From Octopus sinensis (lineage: Eukaryota), in assembly GCF_006345805.1 (NCBI RefSeq), contig NC_043009.1, positions 17,236,001 through 17,300,000 on the forward strand: a stretch of 64,000 nt of DNA. Direction: 5' to 3'. Below the pieces are notes generated by a model. That model was not told where the DNA came from. It did not search any database and saw only the letters and a list, made by a program, of their open reading frames with translations. Made by a program: the position numbers and the translations under genes. The stretch's first letter is position 1, and every line of letters starts with the position of its first letter. Below, one piece after another: positions 13,171 to 26,138 of this stretch.

Positions 13171-14062
13171 TTCTCCCTTTAGTTTTTCAGGTTGCAGGTG
13201 GTGGGTGGTTATTACTCCATTCGCATTTTCTGTTGAGGTTCTGTCTATTTTCTGTTAAATGCGTGACCTCTGTAATCTGTCTGAGTGCCGTGTCTGTTTT
13301 ATGCATCGATAAGATTGTGGATGTCTTTTTCAAAGATATTAATGGAACAGACATAGTAGACAGTAAAGTTTTCTCATGGACACATTTTATTAGGAGTTAA
13401 TTTATTCCTATACTATGCATGAAATATGTGTTTATGTATGTGTGCACAAGTCCACACACACACACATACACACATATGCACATATATATGCACACACAAT
13501 TATAAATGCATGCTTATATAACCTTCACACATACAGAGATAGTTTATGAACATGCAGTAATCACACATAATCACTGGCTATAGTAGAACTGATAGTGATA
13601 GTGAGAACACTTTACAGAGTTCTGTTATGTTCCACCAAGATCTACTTTATCGTTCATCTATCCAATGTTGATAAAATAAGCATCAGTGGATTACTGGATT
13701 CAATATAATCTGCCGAACTCTCCAAAGTGTAGAAGTTGGTTCATATTTTCCAGAATCTGATAAAATCTTTAATAAACATGGGAAGCCACATCTGATCATT
13801 TCAATGGTGACGTAAAGCAGAGTGATATAACAATATTTGTTTGGGACCCACCAAATTTGTAAATAACTTTTGATAAGAATTCTCACATTCAAGATTATAA
13901 CAAGCAGCTTCACTTGTAAAATGTTTCTTACCAGATTCTTCTGCTGTCTACCATAACTTTTAATCAGTATTTTTAAAACCAATATCTTCATGCAGCAAAA
14001 AGTCATAATTATTATCATTTCAGTTTTTAACTCTGCCAAAGACCTGATTTTTAGTAAAGTAG

Positions 14063-14292
14063 CCCTTTTGATACCAACCCAACCCAACCAAAACTGCCCC
14101 TGCTTTTTATGACACAAGCTTTCTATACAAAGTGATCTAAATCAAAATTTCCCATTAAAATTCCATGTTAATTTATGTTGCATTTACCAGCTCGGTAATG
14201 GCCAAGATATCTTAGCAAATTCTTTATTATTCTCAAAATTAATTGAAATAAGGAAGGAGTTGTTCAACAGAAATATGGTAAAAAAAAAAGGG
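14063..14292. mobile_element. piggyBac-like MITE (related subfamily, opposite orientation to 4382)
   Basis: CCCTTTTGATACC ... GGTAAAAAAAAAAGGG|TTAA; internal layout similar to 4382-4592. Confidence 0.7.
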
Positions 14293-14701
14293 TTAAAATA
14301 TCCTATAACACTTAACTGACACAGTCATTTATTACCATTAATAATTATAACAACAAACAATGTTACGTTTTCCTCAACAATGATGCCCACTGTATCCTCA
14401 CAACACACTTGCGTTGCCTCACAGCTGTTGACTCTCTCAGACAATAAGTGAATCCGTGCAGTTGCCAAGTGACATCCAAGAGATTGAAAAAGGCTACACA
14501 GACAGCCTCCACAACTATGAGAAGATGATTTGGGCCAAGATGGAAAAGAAGGGGGGGGATCAGGAAAGAATTGAAAGCTTGTGATGTATAAAGTAGTGAT
14601 GTATAACAACATCCAATAGCATGGACATATGAGCGTGTTTATGGGTGCGTATTTATGCAGATACACACACACATGCTATAATAAATGTCGTTGTTTCAGT
14701 G

Positions 14702-14741
<40 letters not shown>

Positions 14742-14859
14742 ACTAAAGAGATATAGTAGGAAGAAGGGAGGCAGATATTTTGTGCTCATTTTTCCATATT
14801 TGTATAGGTTGGATGAGTTTCAAACACAGTTTACTCTGCCATTACAATCCTCATCACCA

Positions 14860-15290
14860 GCTTGCTAGTCCCTTGTCATTTTTGTGAAGTTCAGCATCCA
14901 GAGATCAGCTTTCATCCCTTCTATCCATGTTTCTCAGCCTTCCATTTCTGCAGGTTCTTTTCATGGGCTGACTTGACAATTTCCCCCCAACTGTCATCCT
15001 GCATCACGTGTCTATACCAGTACAGTGCACCACTCTCAAATACTATTGTTGATACTTCTTATACTCAGTTCTACTCTCTTCAGGTCCATCATGAATTCAT
15101 GTTAACGTTACACATCCAGCAGAGTATACTGTTCTTCTTTCCAGCCACTGTACATCCTTTTTATTCAGTGCCCATGTTTCACCATCATGCAATATCATAT
15201 TTCATATACAGGCATCATACAAATATTTTACTTTCATTATGCTACCAAGTGACAAGTCTTGTGAGAAGGAGAGAAATGGAAGCTAATCAT
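14860..15290 (-). mobile_element. Decayed RTE LINE RT C-terminal fragment
   Basis: LYDAC...LHDGETWAL... remnants with many stops. Confidence 0.6.
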
Positions 15291-16563
15291 AATTACTGCT
15301 ATTGTCATTATATCAGAGTAGCTGAAGACATTGACTAGATTTTCATGTTACTCTAGGAAAGGCTACTGTACCCTACCAGTACTGCATTTGCAAAGAAGCC
15401 TATTATTAGAGACGTCTGTTCACACAAAGGAGCACCAAATAAAGAAGGCATGATGGGTAGGTGATCATTTTAGTGACAGAATGAAGTTTGATGAACATCT
15501 AAAGCCTTCTAATGTATTTTCAGGCTAAGAATAGGGCATTTTATGCCAAAATATCAGATCTATGGACAATTTATTCTGGAAACTGAGTGAAATAAATTGT
15601 AACACATATCCATACTGTATGGCTTTATTAATTCATTTTAACTTGTATAAACAGTACTTCTGAAATATACTCAAAATATTTTAACCACAGACATAAATGC
15701 CTACACTCATAAGTAAAAAAAAGGTGAAAGTAAACGTATGTGTGTGTGTGTGACACACACACACACACACACACTCCACACATTTGTTTTATACATAGAT
15801 ATACATATAAAAAACTACAATATATACGCACAAACACACATGATTGACTGTCAGGCAACAGACAAATTGACTAAGAAGAAAAGGGAAAATGTAGTAAATT
15901 AGTTATGGTGAAGCATCTTTTGTTGTTCCAACTTAGGAGGGTGGGGGTTTGCTGTGCTGGGCCACAGCCCCCATCACCACAACCATCTTGGAGAGGGGAA
16001 GATGGAAACAATATTAGTGTGAGTGGAGAGAAGGGACATGATAAGAAAATAACCATAAAGTCTGGAATTTGACAACCAGAGAGAAAGAAAGGAGGAGTTA
16101 GATGCAGAGTATTGGTGGGACGGGGAGGAGGGGTGTTGTGGAAGAAGTGATGGGGAGGAGGGTGGAACATGGTAAATTGAATTATAGATAAATAAGTGAC
16201 AAGATGATAAAAGAAACAGCAGGTAAGGTAGACAAAGTGACAAGCTGGAGTGGTTGATAAATAATAAATAAATCAATAGACTGACAGAGAGGAAGGAGTG
16301 AGTTGCTAAACAGACAGTGGGAGGAGGGTTCTAGCAGATGGGGGGGTGAGGTGGAGGAAGAAGGGGAAAGTGAAGAAGTGTTTAAGGTAAGTAGCTGGCG
16401 GTGGCGGGGTGGGGGTGACTAGAGAGGAAACAACTCCAGAAATAACAGTAATAATGAGAATAACAACAATAATAAATACATAACCAGAACTCCTCCCACT
16501 CACTTCTCTGAGACAACAATGACAGTAATAGTAAGACCATAATGATGGTGATGACGATTATAT

Positions 16564-16594
<31 letters not shown>

Positions 16595-18582
16595 ATTAGT
16601 TATAATGACAAAAATCACAACACATCAACAATAATGAAAATAATTCTAATAACATTTTCATTGTTAGACCCATATTATATAGCGGGGTGTGTGTGTGAGA
16701 GTATAGGGGGTGGTAAATCTGATTAAATTAACCACAATTTATTACTGGTATTTATTTTAATGAGCTCAGAGATAAAAAATAAAGTACTGCAGCAAGATGT
16801 AACCCAGTTGTTTGTATCTTAATGGTGTAGAGTTTAGTTTGATGCTGGAGTGTCACTGACAAATTTGAATTCTTTTATTTTTTTATTGCCATAAGGGTGG
16901 TGGAGATGTGGTGGGGGCAGTCAATAAATTAATTTGAAAAAAGTAAAAGAAACATAGAAAGCATCAGTAAATAGAAAGGTGTAAAGGAGATGTTCCATTA
17001 GGAGGAGAGCTACTTTGGGCCAAGGAAACCCACAGATTCAGAACTACTATGATTATAAAGAGTGAGTACCCTTTCCTAGATGTGTTCTTTTGTGTGTCTT
17101 ACAAGTACATGCTGAAAGTAGAGACATTATACAGAGTATTCTTACTGTTCTTACCCACCTTTCAGTAAATTCTCTCACCTGCTTCTCCACGAAGAACTTG
17201 AAATTTGGCTTAAGAGTAAAGTGTCTGTTCTCAGTCCTTTCAATTTTGTCCACTAACGGTCTCTACCACCATAACCACAGAGGAAACCGTTTTGCCTTTC
17301 TGCCCAAAGGAAAGTGGTTGGGTGGTTCTCACTGCGGATTCAGCTGATAACTGGATCCATCTTGTGTATGACAACAGCTGTTTGACATATTTTCCCAGCC
17401 AGTAATGCTTCTTATATACTGAACAAATATGATGTGCAGAACAGTTTTGTTACTCTGCATACATCATGGACATGACCTTCTGAAAGCCCTTCCATTCTCA
17501 TAAGAGTTTCTTCCAAACCAGCCATGTCTTTCAATAGCAGTCAAGCAGGGGATTTCTGGAAATTTTCCATAATATAAAGCTGAAAGTCCCCTAGATCAAG
17601 CTGTTTACTTGATCTTTGTTGACACCAAAAGTCTCCTCAAGAACTTTGCTGCAGTTGCCTGAAACTAGTCCATTTTAGAATACAATAATTGATGCACCAC
17701 TAACTACACTGCTTGACTGAAAAGGAACTATGAGTACCTGCTAATCTGCGAGATGCTAGAAATCCAATCTTATTTTTGCTTGACTCAGGATAGCGATTCC
17801 ACTAATGAGATGTGTTGAGAGAATGCATGCCTAACAAACAGCTTCAGCACCTGCTACAGCTGCAGTAATTGTTTGAACATCATCAGCCACAGCAATTAAG
17901 TTCTCCATTTATTGGCAGCAAATAAACCAACCAACCAGAGAAATATATCTTTTCCGCAAGAAACAACAAAGCACACGCTCCAGACTAGTCAAATGAAAAT
18001 CGGACAAAAAGTGGTGGAAGTGATATACACATTTACCATCACTGCACTCTCTTTCAGAGGCATCTTCCTCTTACTCTATTTCATGATGTAACTGCCCACC
18101 TAGTTTGTAACTTCATCCCAGGGCCTATCTTGCAGCAGGTCTGGCCAGTCTGGACTCCAGACAACTTCACAAGACCATCAATTCAGCAATACATGAGCTT
18201 GCCTCTCAAGACCCAAGCTGCAAGCCCTGTAACTTGTTCTGGTTAATGTGTGCTTCAGTTATCCCCTTATATTCCTAGGTTTATACAAAGAATAATGATT
18301 CACTTATATCTGTGGCTAAATTTTCCCAAGAAAAAGATTTGGAATATGATTCACTAAAATTTAAACTAAAGACAGCAACCAAAAACTAGATATACTTGTA
18401 GCTCCGTGACGATCAAATGTAAAACACAATCTTGCACGGCCAATCGTTCTGTAAACTGATTGCCACACATATAAATAAAAAAAGAAATTTTTTTAAAACT
18501 AATCCTGGCCTGAATGAACCAATCCAAATGGAATAAAGGAATGGAAGAAGAGCCAATCAGGAACAGATCGTCACCAACAAAT

Positions 18583-19242
18583 GTTCTTTTCTACTCTATC
18601 ACAAGGCCTGAAATCTTTTGGGAGGAGGCCAGTTGATTAGATCAACCCCATTATGCAACTGGTAATTAACTTATCGACCCTGAAAGTATGAAAGGCAAAA
18701 TCGGCCTCAGCAGAATTTGAACTCAGAACATATAGACAGACAAAATACCGCTAAACATTTCGCCTGGTGTGCTAACATTTCTGCCAGATCACTGCCATCA
18801 TCACCAACAAATATTCTTTTCTACTCTAGGCACAGGGCCCAAAATTTGGGGGGGGGGCAGTCAATTAGATCAACCCCTGTTTGCAACTGGTACTTAATTT
18901 ATCAACCTCGAAAAAATGAAAGACAAAGTCGACCTCGGCGGAATTTGAACTCAGAACATAACGGCAGATGAAATACCGCTAAGCATTTCGCCCAGCGTGC
19001 TAATGTTTCTTATTCCTTTATTGCCCACAAAGGGCTAAACATAGAGGGGACAAACAAGGACAGACAAAGGGATTAAGTTGATTATATCGACCCCAGTGCG
19101 CAACTGGTACTTAATTTATCGACCCCGAAAGGATGAAAGGCAAAGTTGACCTCGGCGGAATTTGAACTCAGAACATAACAGCAGACGAAATACTGCTAAG
19201 CATTTTGCCTGGCGTGCTAACATTTCTTCCAGCTCGCTGCCT
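18583..19242 (-). mobile_element. Three stacked family A SINEs (18583-18797, 18813-19010, 19011-19242)
   Basis: Three copies of gaatttgaactcagaacata; delimited by three copies of TCGTCACCAACAAAT. Confidence 0.85.
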
Positions 19243-20471
19243 TCGTCACCAACAAATATTGAAAGAAATATCCTTAATTTCTATAACAGAAATGACAAAG
19301 GTCACCTGTGTAGTTTGTTTTCTGAAGCAACATACCAGAATGTGTCAGAGTGGTCTACACTAGTGCCCATGAATTATGTTTGGATAAATAGCAACATAGA
19401 AAACATGATTTTCATATGCCTAGCAACTCTATTACAGCTATTTTCCTGTGAACCTATTCTAATCTTTGGAAATAATAATGTGAAAATTCTATGGAATGTA
19501 ACAGAATTCTAGCAGACAATACATAATAAACTTGACATTATTTCCATGAAACAAATGACAATAATCGACTTCGGAGTGAGTTGAAAGCTGAGGAATTACA
19601 CCAACTTAGTAGTTGAATCAGAGATATTACGGCAGCTAAAGTATGTCTTTGGAATGATACATAACCACTTCCATGAAGACATTGACTGATGGCCTATAAG
19701 GATAGACACAGGAACATTCCAGAAAACAGCAATACTAATATATGTAAATAGTATATGCAGTATAATATGTAAATATAGAACATTCTCACACAGCAATTGT
19801 TCAACTTCCACGTTTCTACGCATGTTTTTCCAAGATGTAGCTAATTCTTTTTGATGTAAGAAAGAAAACTGTTGATGTATTTCTCAAACCATGAATATTA
19901 AAGACAATAATAATAATAATAATATTTTGTGAGAATGAAAGACTAATCTTTAAAAGTTAATTCAATAGACCATAAATATATTAATGGCACTTATTCTATT
20001 CAACCTGGCAAGATTTGAACACAGATGATAAATGTTGTAAGGCATGGGTTCTAAAACATTTTCTGTTCATGCCAAATCACCACTGTTATGATACACACAC
20101 ACACATGCACACATGCGCACACACGCACACGTGCACATACACACACATACACACACACATACACACAAACACACAAACAAACACACACACTCACATACAC
20201 ATACACACACGTTAAATCAAATCAAAATATGAAGAGTGAAGAAAAAAATATAGTGAATAAAATACACAGTGTGCAACTGATAGCAATACCTATCCATATT
20301 CTGTGTGTGTGTGTGAAAGAGAGGGAGAGAGAAAGAGAGAGTGATATCTCTATACATATATGTGTGTGTCTGTGTCTGTGTGTGTATATATATATGTAAG
20401 AATATGAGAAACTGTGTGTTCATAGACAGGGAAAACAAATACTTATATATGATGATGATGATGATGATGAT

Positions 20472-20516
<45 letters not shown>

Positions 20517-21327
20517 ATATATATATATTTCTCACACACACCCATACATATATACATTGCAAAACTTTAAAAGAAAAAGTAAAATAGAGAAAATTGGAAA
20601 TGAAATATCAGACCCTAAGGGAGGATCACCATGAAAACCCATACCATTCGCCATTATCTCCCAATGAAACAGCTTTATTTCTTTGTCCTGGTGGCAGACA
20701 AACTTGAAGACCAAGTAAATTGGAAACAGTATGAATGTACAAAAAAATATATGGCAGCAAAAGAAAGAGGCACAGGATTTTGTGTAAACAACTACCACTA
20801 CCTTCATCACTATCCTTCTAGGTAGCAGCTTATAAGTTATATATGCAGATATACTGCACTTCTAGCTCTCTGTTTGATTATGATTTAGGTAAAGCTTCAT
20901 GACTAACCTGCTAGTGAAGAAAATAACCTTTGACCATTTCATGAAGCTTGTGTTGTCAGAGCTAATGTGTATGCTTTTAGAGACGAAGGAACAAATACCA
21001 TTCAGTGAGCCGAAATGGCAGAAATGTGATGTGGCAGCAAAGTCATCCTTTGTTCTTCTACAGACCAGGATGTGATTATACAGCACTAATATATGCAGCT
21101 TTGTTGTGGAACTTTGCTCGACTGTTCAAGACAAGCAGTTTTGGAAAGGAGATGGTAGGACCTTAGTGCCTGCTTTGACAATCTGTTGCAACTCAGCAAA
21201 GAACAGCAAGTTCTCAAAGATAAATAAATAAATAAAAACCAATAACAGCAGCTGAGATACCATTGGTGGTAAGTGACTGTATGAAAGGTAAATGACTTGG
21301 TCTGAGTGGACTGCTACATGCACTTGA

Positions 21328-21554
21328 CCCTTTCGTTACCGTATTTATTTTGAGATGTTCTGTGTTTCTTTCATTAATTTTAAATTTAGTAAAATTTAGT
21401 AAAATGACTTAGTTATCATTAAGATAGTGCTACAAACATAAATTGCAACTAAAGTCTGGTGGAATATTGGAATATTTTAATTCCAAACTTATGTAAACAA
21501 GCCATTTGTACTACAGAGCCAGAGTTAGTTTCAGCTGGGTTGGTATCGAAAGGG
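21328..21554. mobile_element. piggyBac-like MITE (same family as 4382-4592)
   Basis: TTGA|CCCTTTCGTTACC ... GGTATCGAAAGGG|TTAA; internal sequence matches 4382-4592. Confidence 0.85.
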
Positions 21555-22431
21555 TTAATGTATACATGCCAGACTAGGAGAATCCCTAGTTTTGTAAGCC
21601 AGTAGGCAGTAATGCTGCTGAGGAAAGGCCTGGACAAAAAGAGGACAAGGACATTATCAATAGTTTCTGTTCCATAACTCTACTGACTGAATACAGAGTC
21701 TGAGATGTTGTTCAAGGAATACTTGTTGTCTGAAGTGTTGTAAGGAAATTGCACACATGTTTTCTCAGGCATATCTGTGTTGATGACATCCATTTCATAT
21801 AACACAATGTAGCTTATTACCCTCATAAGGCTCTGATTAATTTGGATCAATAGAAAGCTTTTTTATAAGCCTGACCATCATAATTTGATAGCTGTGCTGG
21901 AAGCAGCTGGTTTCAGTCTCATTTTCAAAGATTGTATCCCTTCTGCTCAGGGATAAGACTAAATCTTGAATCATATGCTTGGTCTGTCTGGGGTGTCATC
22001 TCTCAATCCTTCAGCATGTAGTAACTCTCAAGACACTGTTGCAGACACTGCAGAAATTAGGTAAGCAAAAGCTATCCCTGAAAAATGAAGTGAGCAAAGA
22101 TGGCAGAAACATTGTACATTGCTTCCATATACACTTTATATACTTAATGCACAATTTAATAGACTTAATACGCAGCACTCATAAAATAAATATTTACTCT
22201 TCTTTTCCCTTAAACAAAAACAAATATCCTGTACATATGATACAACCTTTAGTTAAATTGCATATATCTGCCATGTAAATAAGTGTGAATATTTCACAGA
22301 ATTGCACATATGTGCATGCGTTAAGTGATAGGGGATATAAAAAACTTAGTTCAGTTTTTAAAAAATACAGTTTCCACTATCCAATGACCACCACCACCAT
22401 CATCATCTCTCTCTGCCTCTTCTCTCTCCCC

Positions 22432-22436
22432 ATCTC

Positions 22437-22528
<92 letters not shown>
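22432..22528. repeat. (CT)n microsatellite
   Basis: Nearly pure CT run of about 95 bp. Confidence 0.95.
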
Positions 22529-22531
<3 letters not shown>

Positions 22532-22589
22532 GAGTAGATTTCGGTATGGAAAATATAACCATTATCGGTTGGAACCTTTTCAAAAAGTT

Positions 22590-22780
22590 CTATATATCAT
22601 CATCATCATCGTTTAACGTCCGTTTTCCGCACTAGCACGGGTTGGACGGTTCGACCGGGGTCTGGGAAGCCAGGGGCTGCACCAGGCTCCAGTCTGATCT
22701 GACAGAGTTTCTACAGCTGGATGCCCTTCCTAACGCCAACCACTCCGCAAGTGTAGTGGTTGCTTTTTACGTGCCACCTG

Positions 22781-22785
<5 letters not shown>
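22590..22785 (-). mobile_element. RTE-type 3'-end fragment with (CAT)n tail
   Basis: Matches 902-1100. Confidence 0.75.
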
Positions 22786-22814
<29 letters not shown>

Positions 22815-23087
22815 AATAAAAATGGCAAATTGTTGATTTTGAAATTAATAATTATTTACCCTTATATTATTAATAATGGAATTTTTCACTCCCTTATGAC
22901 AATCCATAGTTCTATTCCTGAGGAACTATTTTTCTGATGCACATGGTAAAATTTTGGAGGGAAAATACGAATTCATTCATCTATATGGATTTGGTCTGTG
23001 TTGACTATCTCCTGCTATCTCCGAAGGCATAAGGTCGGGAAGCAAGAAGTATGTAAATTATCATTTGCAAATCTATCTAATGAAATG

Positions 23088-23145
23088 TTGCACTGAAGAC
23101 AGGAATGAATTGGTTTATAATTCTGACCCAGAAACATGTCCGTAA
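23088..23145 (+). ncRNA. Degenerate minimal type I hammerhead ribozyme motif
   Basis: ttgca-CTGAAGA-(stem II region)-GAAAC-at-GTC-cgtaa; palindromic ACATGT stem III; first stem I pair mismatched. Confidence 0.45.
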
Positions 23146-24049
23146 CTAACCGAAGACTTTGTTTTCGTTATTTTTCCTTCTGTTTTACATATGTGAGTTA
23201 CATGTATATGTTATATGTGGAGTTATATTTGTAGAAAATAGAAATAAGTGGTCTTTGACTGCTATTTCTAATTTTTCGGTATGTGGCTAAGCAGCCTGTT
23301 GCTTGTCCTTTTTATTTATATATATATATATGTAAAACAGTACTGGGAGAATAAGAAACAGAATGAAGCGAAAGAATCGAACCCGACGCGAGGGCGCTGT
23401 CAAACAATAGTGTAATATATATATATACATACACACTTGTATGCATGCATGTATGTATATTTCAATTGTATATGCATAGCCATGTAAATAAATTCTGTAA
23501 TTCTGATACTTGGATTCTGGCAGTTTTCCCCTTTTCATATTAGAGTCACTTACATTTCTCACTGGGTATTTGTAAGGGAATTTTCAATTATGCCATTCAG
23601 TACAGCACCATTTAACTTAAGTCTATTATGCTTGACTGACTCACTGCCTGACTGACTGACTGAATGAATGAATGAATGAATGAACAGATGGATAGGTGGA
23701 TGAATGGGTAGTTGAGTGGATGGACAGGTGGGATTGGAAGGATGAATGAATAGATGAATGGATACATGTGGATGATGAAGCCTTAGTTATCTGAGCATAT
23801 GAAAAAATGTCTAGAAGGGCTATTTTCATTCAAAAGCTATTAGTATGGTTCACCCAAAAACTGAAAAATCTGAAATTATAAAAGAAAGGACGTTATACAG
23901 AATAACAAAAACATATCAATGGTGTTGCCATAGTGTGCAAACCAGCTGGGAAAAATTTTATTAAAATCGGTTCACAGAAAACCAAGAAATCCAAAATTTC
24001 ACTCCTAAGCTATTAGCATCCAAGGTGTATATATATATATATTTATTTA

Positions 24050-24240
24050 TATTTATATTAAGGGCATTACTATACGTAAATGCCTCATGCTAGGAGGGAC
24101 TCTTACAGTCAAAACTACCATAATTAATAAATAAATAAATAAATAAATAACCATATTTATTATGGTAGTTTTGACTGTAAGAGTCCCTCCTAGAGTGAGG
24201 CATTTATGTATAGTAATGCCCTTAATATAAATAAATATAT
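24050..24240. repeat. Inverted repeat, ~75-bp arms around a 34-nt (TAAA)n-containing loop
   Basis: agggcattactatac...aaaactaccataat pairs with attatggtagtttt...gtatagtaatgccct, with 3 mismatches in 64 bp. Confidence 0.9.
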
Positions 24241-24353
24241 TTAAGAGGAATAATTGATGGATTTTTCCTTTATGAGGTTTTTCATGCTAACTACTTGATA
24301 AATTCTTATAAAGATTTTATCCTATTTTTCAATTGTATATATATATATATATG

Positions 24354-25567
24354 TGGTAGTTCAGGCTTCCACCACCAGGAACCACTTGGTGCAATCCTCA
24401 GGCATCTGCCATCTGGCATCATCAACTTACATCATACGATTATGTGGTGCATCTTTGTTTGTTGATTTTTGTGATGACTGAAACGAAGGAACAGTGTGCT
24501 TCTGTGAAACTGTTTTCAGCTGGGAAAAAACAGCAGCCAAAACAGTTGTCATGCTTCAAACAGCTTACAAGGATGCTGCTATGAGCAAAACACAAGTTTA
24601 CGAGTGGCTTCCATGCTTTGCGGATGATCACTTGCTCTTTAAAGAGGAACCTCATTCAGGGTGGTTACTGACCTCCTAAATGAATGAAGACACCACAAAA
24701 ATTCATGAACTGATCCTGGAGGACTGTCACCAAACAATTGACAAACTTGTTGATATAACTGACGTGTCCTGGGCTCTGGCAAACGAATTTTGAGCAAGGA
24801 ATTCTGAATGAAAATAGTTGTAGCAAAACTTGTTCCTCGCTTGCTCATGAAAAATCGAAAGCAGTCACAAGTGAATGCATATTGTGAGGTGAAAGAACAG
24901 CTGGAAGTTGATCTAGACATTACCTTTGAAGATCCTCAATGGTGATTAAAGCTGGTGCTACTACTATGACTTGGAAACGAAGAAGCATTCAATGTCATCC
25001 CTCCCCCAAAAAGTGCGTCGGGTGAAATCCAGTGTCAAGATAATGCTAAGTTGTTTCATCGATGCAAAAGGAATTGTCCACACAGAATCTGTTCCTCCTG
25101 GACAAACTGTTAACCAGACAATTTACTCGGCAGTTCTGAAGCATTTGCAAGACAGGTGAGATAAAAACACCCTAACCTGGGGTTAATTGAGGAGTGGTGG
25201 TTTCATCCCAACAATGCACCAGCATAGACCGCCTTGAGTGTGAGACAGTTTTTGTCAAAAATGGCCTGACCTCACTTACTCCCCATCCCTATTCACCTGA
25301 TCTTGCTCCCTGGTATTGAATGAAAAAAGTCTTTAAAGGAAAACGTTTTGCAGATGTGGAAGAGATGAAGGGAAAAAAATGATGGACGATGGAGGTGTTA
25401 AAAGGCATCACTTTGCAAGAGCTGCAGGACTGCATCGAAACAGTGGAAAACACATTTGAACCAATGCATTGCTTCAAATGGAGAATACTTTGAAGGTGAT
25501 AAAAGTGTAAACATCTAAAACTAAGTGAATAAAATAATATTGCAAAATTCTTTTGGGTACCCCCTCG
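24354..25567 (+). mobile_element. Decayed mariner (DD34D) transposon
   Basis: KTAAKTVVMLQTAYKDAAMSKTQVYEW (HTH), GIVHTESVPPGQTVNQ, PYSPDLAP; right end ...gggtacccccctcg|TA; left TIR not visible. Confidence 0.88.
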
Positions 25568-25606
25568 TATATATATACACACGCATATATATATATATGT
25601 ATATGA

Positions 25607-25722
25607 CATGGTTCCAGGTTCAGTCCCTCTGCGTGGCACCTTGGGCAAGTGTCTTCTACTATAGCTTCGGACCAACCAAAGCCTTGTGAGTGGATTTGGT
25701 AGATGGAAACTGAAGAAGCTCA
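25607..25722 (+). mobile_element. 5' fragment of family B SINE
   Basis: catggttccaggttcagtccctctgcgtggcaccttgggcaagtg. Confidence 0.8.
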
Positions 25723-25728
25723 TCATAT

Positions 25729-25776
<48 letters not shown>

Positions 25777-25924
25777 CATGTGTGTGTGTATGTATACATT
25801 TGTGTGTGTGTGTGTTACATATATATATATACATATATGTGTCATATATATATATATATATATATATTTATGTGTGTGCGACGTGTGTGTGTGTGTGTGT
25901 GTTTGTGTATGTATGTATATATAT

Positions 25925-25970
<46 letters not shown>

Positions 25971-25992
25971 TATATCTATATATATATATCTT

Positions 25993-26024
<32 letters not shown>

Positions 26025-26138
26025 TACCCTATATTGATTAATTATATATACAAATATATATATATATTTATATATATGTTTCGTTTTGGGATTTGGTTTG
26101 CTAGATTTTTTATGTGAGTTTGTGTTTTGAAGCCTATT

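Noticed and set aside
17050-18330. Higher-complexity stretch that may be an old LINE or other element (also 1830-2870, 52340-52900)
   Set aside because: No motif could be identified with confidence; left unannotated pending a database search.
18568-19257. Repeat-spacer pattern resembling a CRISPR array
   Set aside because: The spacers are 215-430-bp SINE copies and the repeats behave as target-site duplications; eukaryotic context, no cas genes.
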